From Felis catus (taxonomy: Eukaryota), in the NCBI RefSeq assembly GCF_018350175.1, contig NC_058368.1:182592001-182656000 (forward strand): DNA of 64,000 bases, written 5' to 3'. Position 1 is the stretch's first letter, and each line of letters opens with the position of its first letter. Positions 63,951 through 64,000 of this stretch are shown here, piece after piece. Under the pieces are notes generated by a model, which had not been told where the DNA came from, searched no databases, and saw only the letters and a list, made by a program, of their open reading frames with translations. Position numbers and translations under genes: made by a program.

Positions 63951-64000
63951 ATGGGGTGTATTAGTTTCTTAACGTTCTCATAACCAATCACTGCAAATTG

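Noticed and set aside
1..64000. CRISPR arrays, operons, numts or endogenous viral ORFs
   Set aside because: No repeat-spacer array and no mitochondrial or viral protein signature recognised; a tblastx search would be needed to exclude highly degraded remnants.

Overview
AT-rich mammalian DNA, almost certainly from a felid: it carries about 17 tRNA-derived Can-SINEs, several of the young SINEC_Fc type, plus carnivore and felid L1 3' ends. I found no credible host protein-coding gene, RNA gene, numt or viral ORF. The ORF track is explained by L1 ORF1/ORF2 remnants, SINE or microsatellite read-through and chance ORFs. The window looks like a large intron or intergenic region layered with L2/MIR, old L1M, MaLR/ERV LTRs, a Tigger-like DNA transposon, carnivore L1s and SINEs. 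The most notable structures are two local dispersed duplications (64 bp at 62/64 identity; about 200 bp spanning an L1-L1 junction), a 5'-inverted L1, a deleted or composite 5'UTR-bearing L1, a SINE with a 3' extension inside its TSDs, inverted young SINE pairs, a candidate recursive splice site and a TGACA motif cluster. I did not find a convincing novel biological system. Repeat subfamily names come from my recall of consensus sequences, not from a search, and boundaries of old repeats are approximate.
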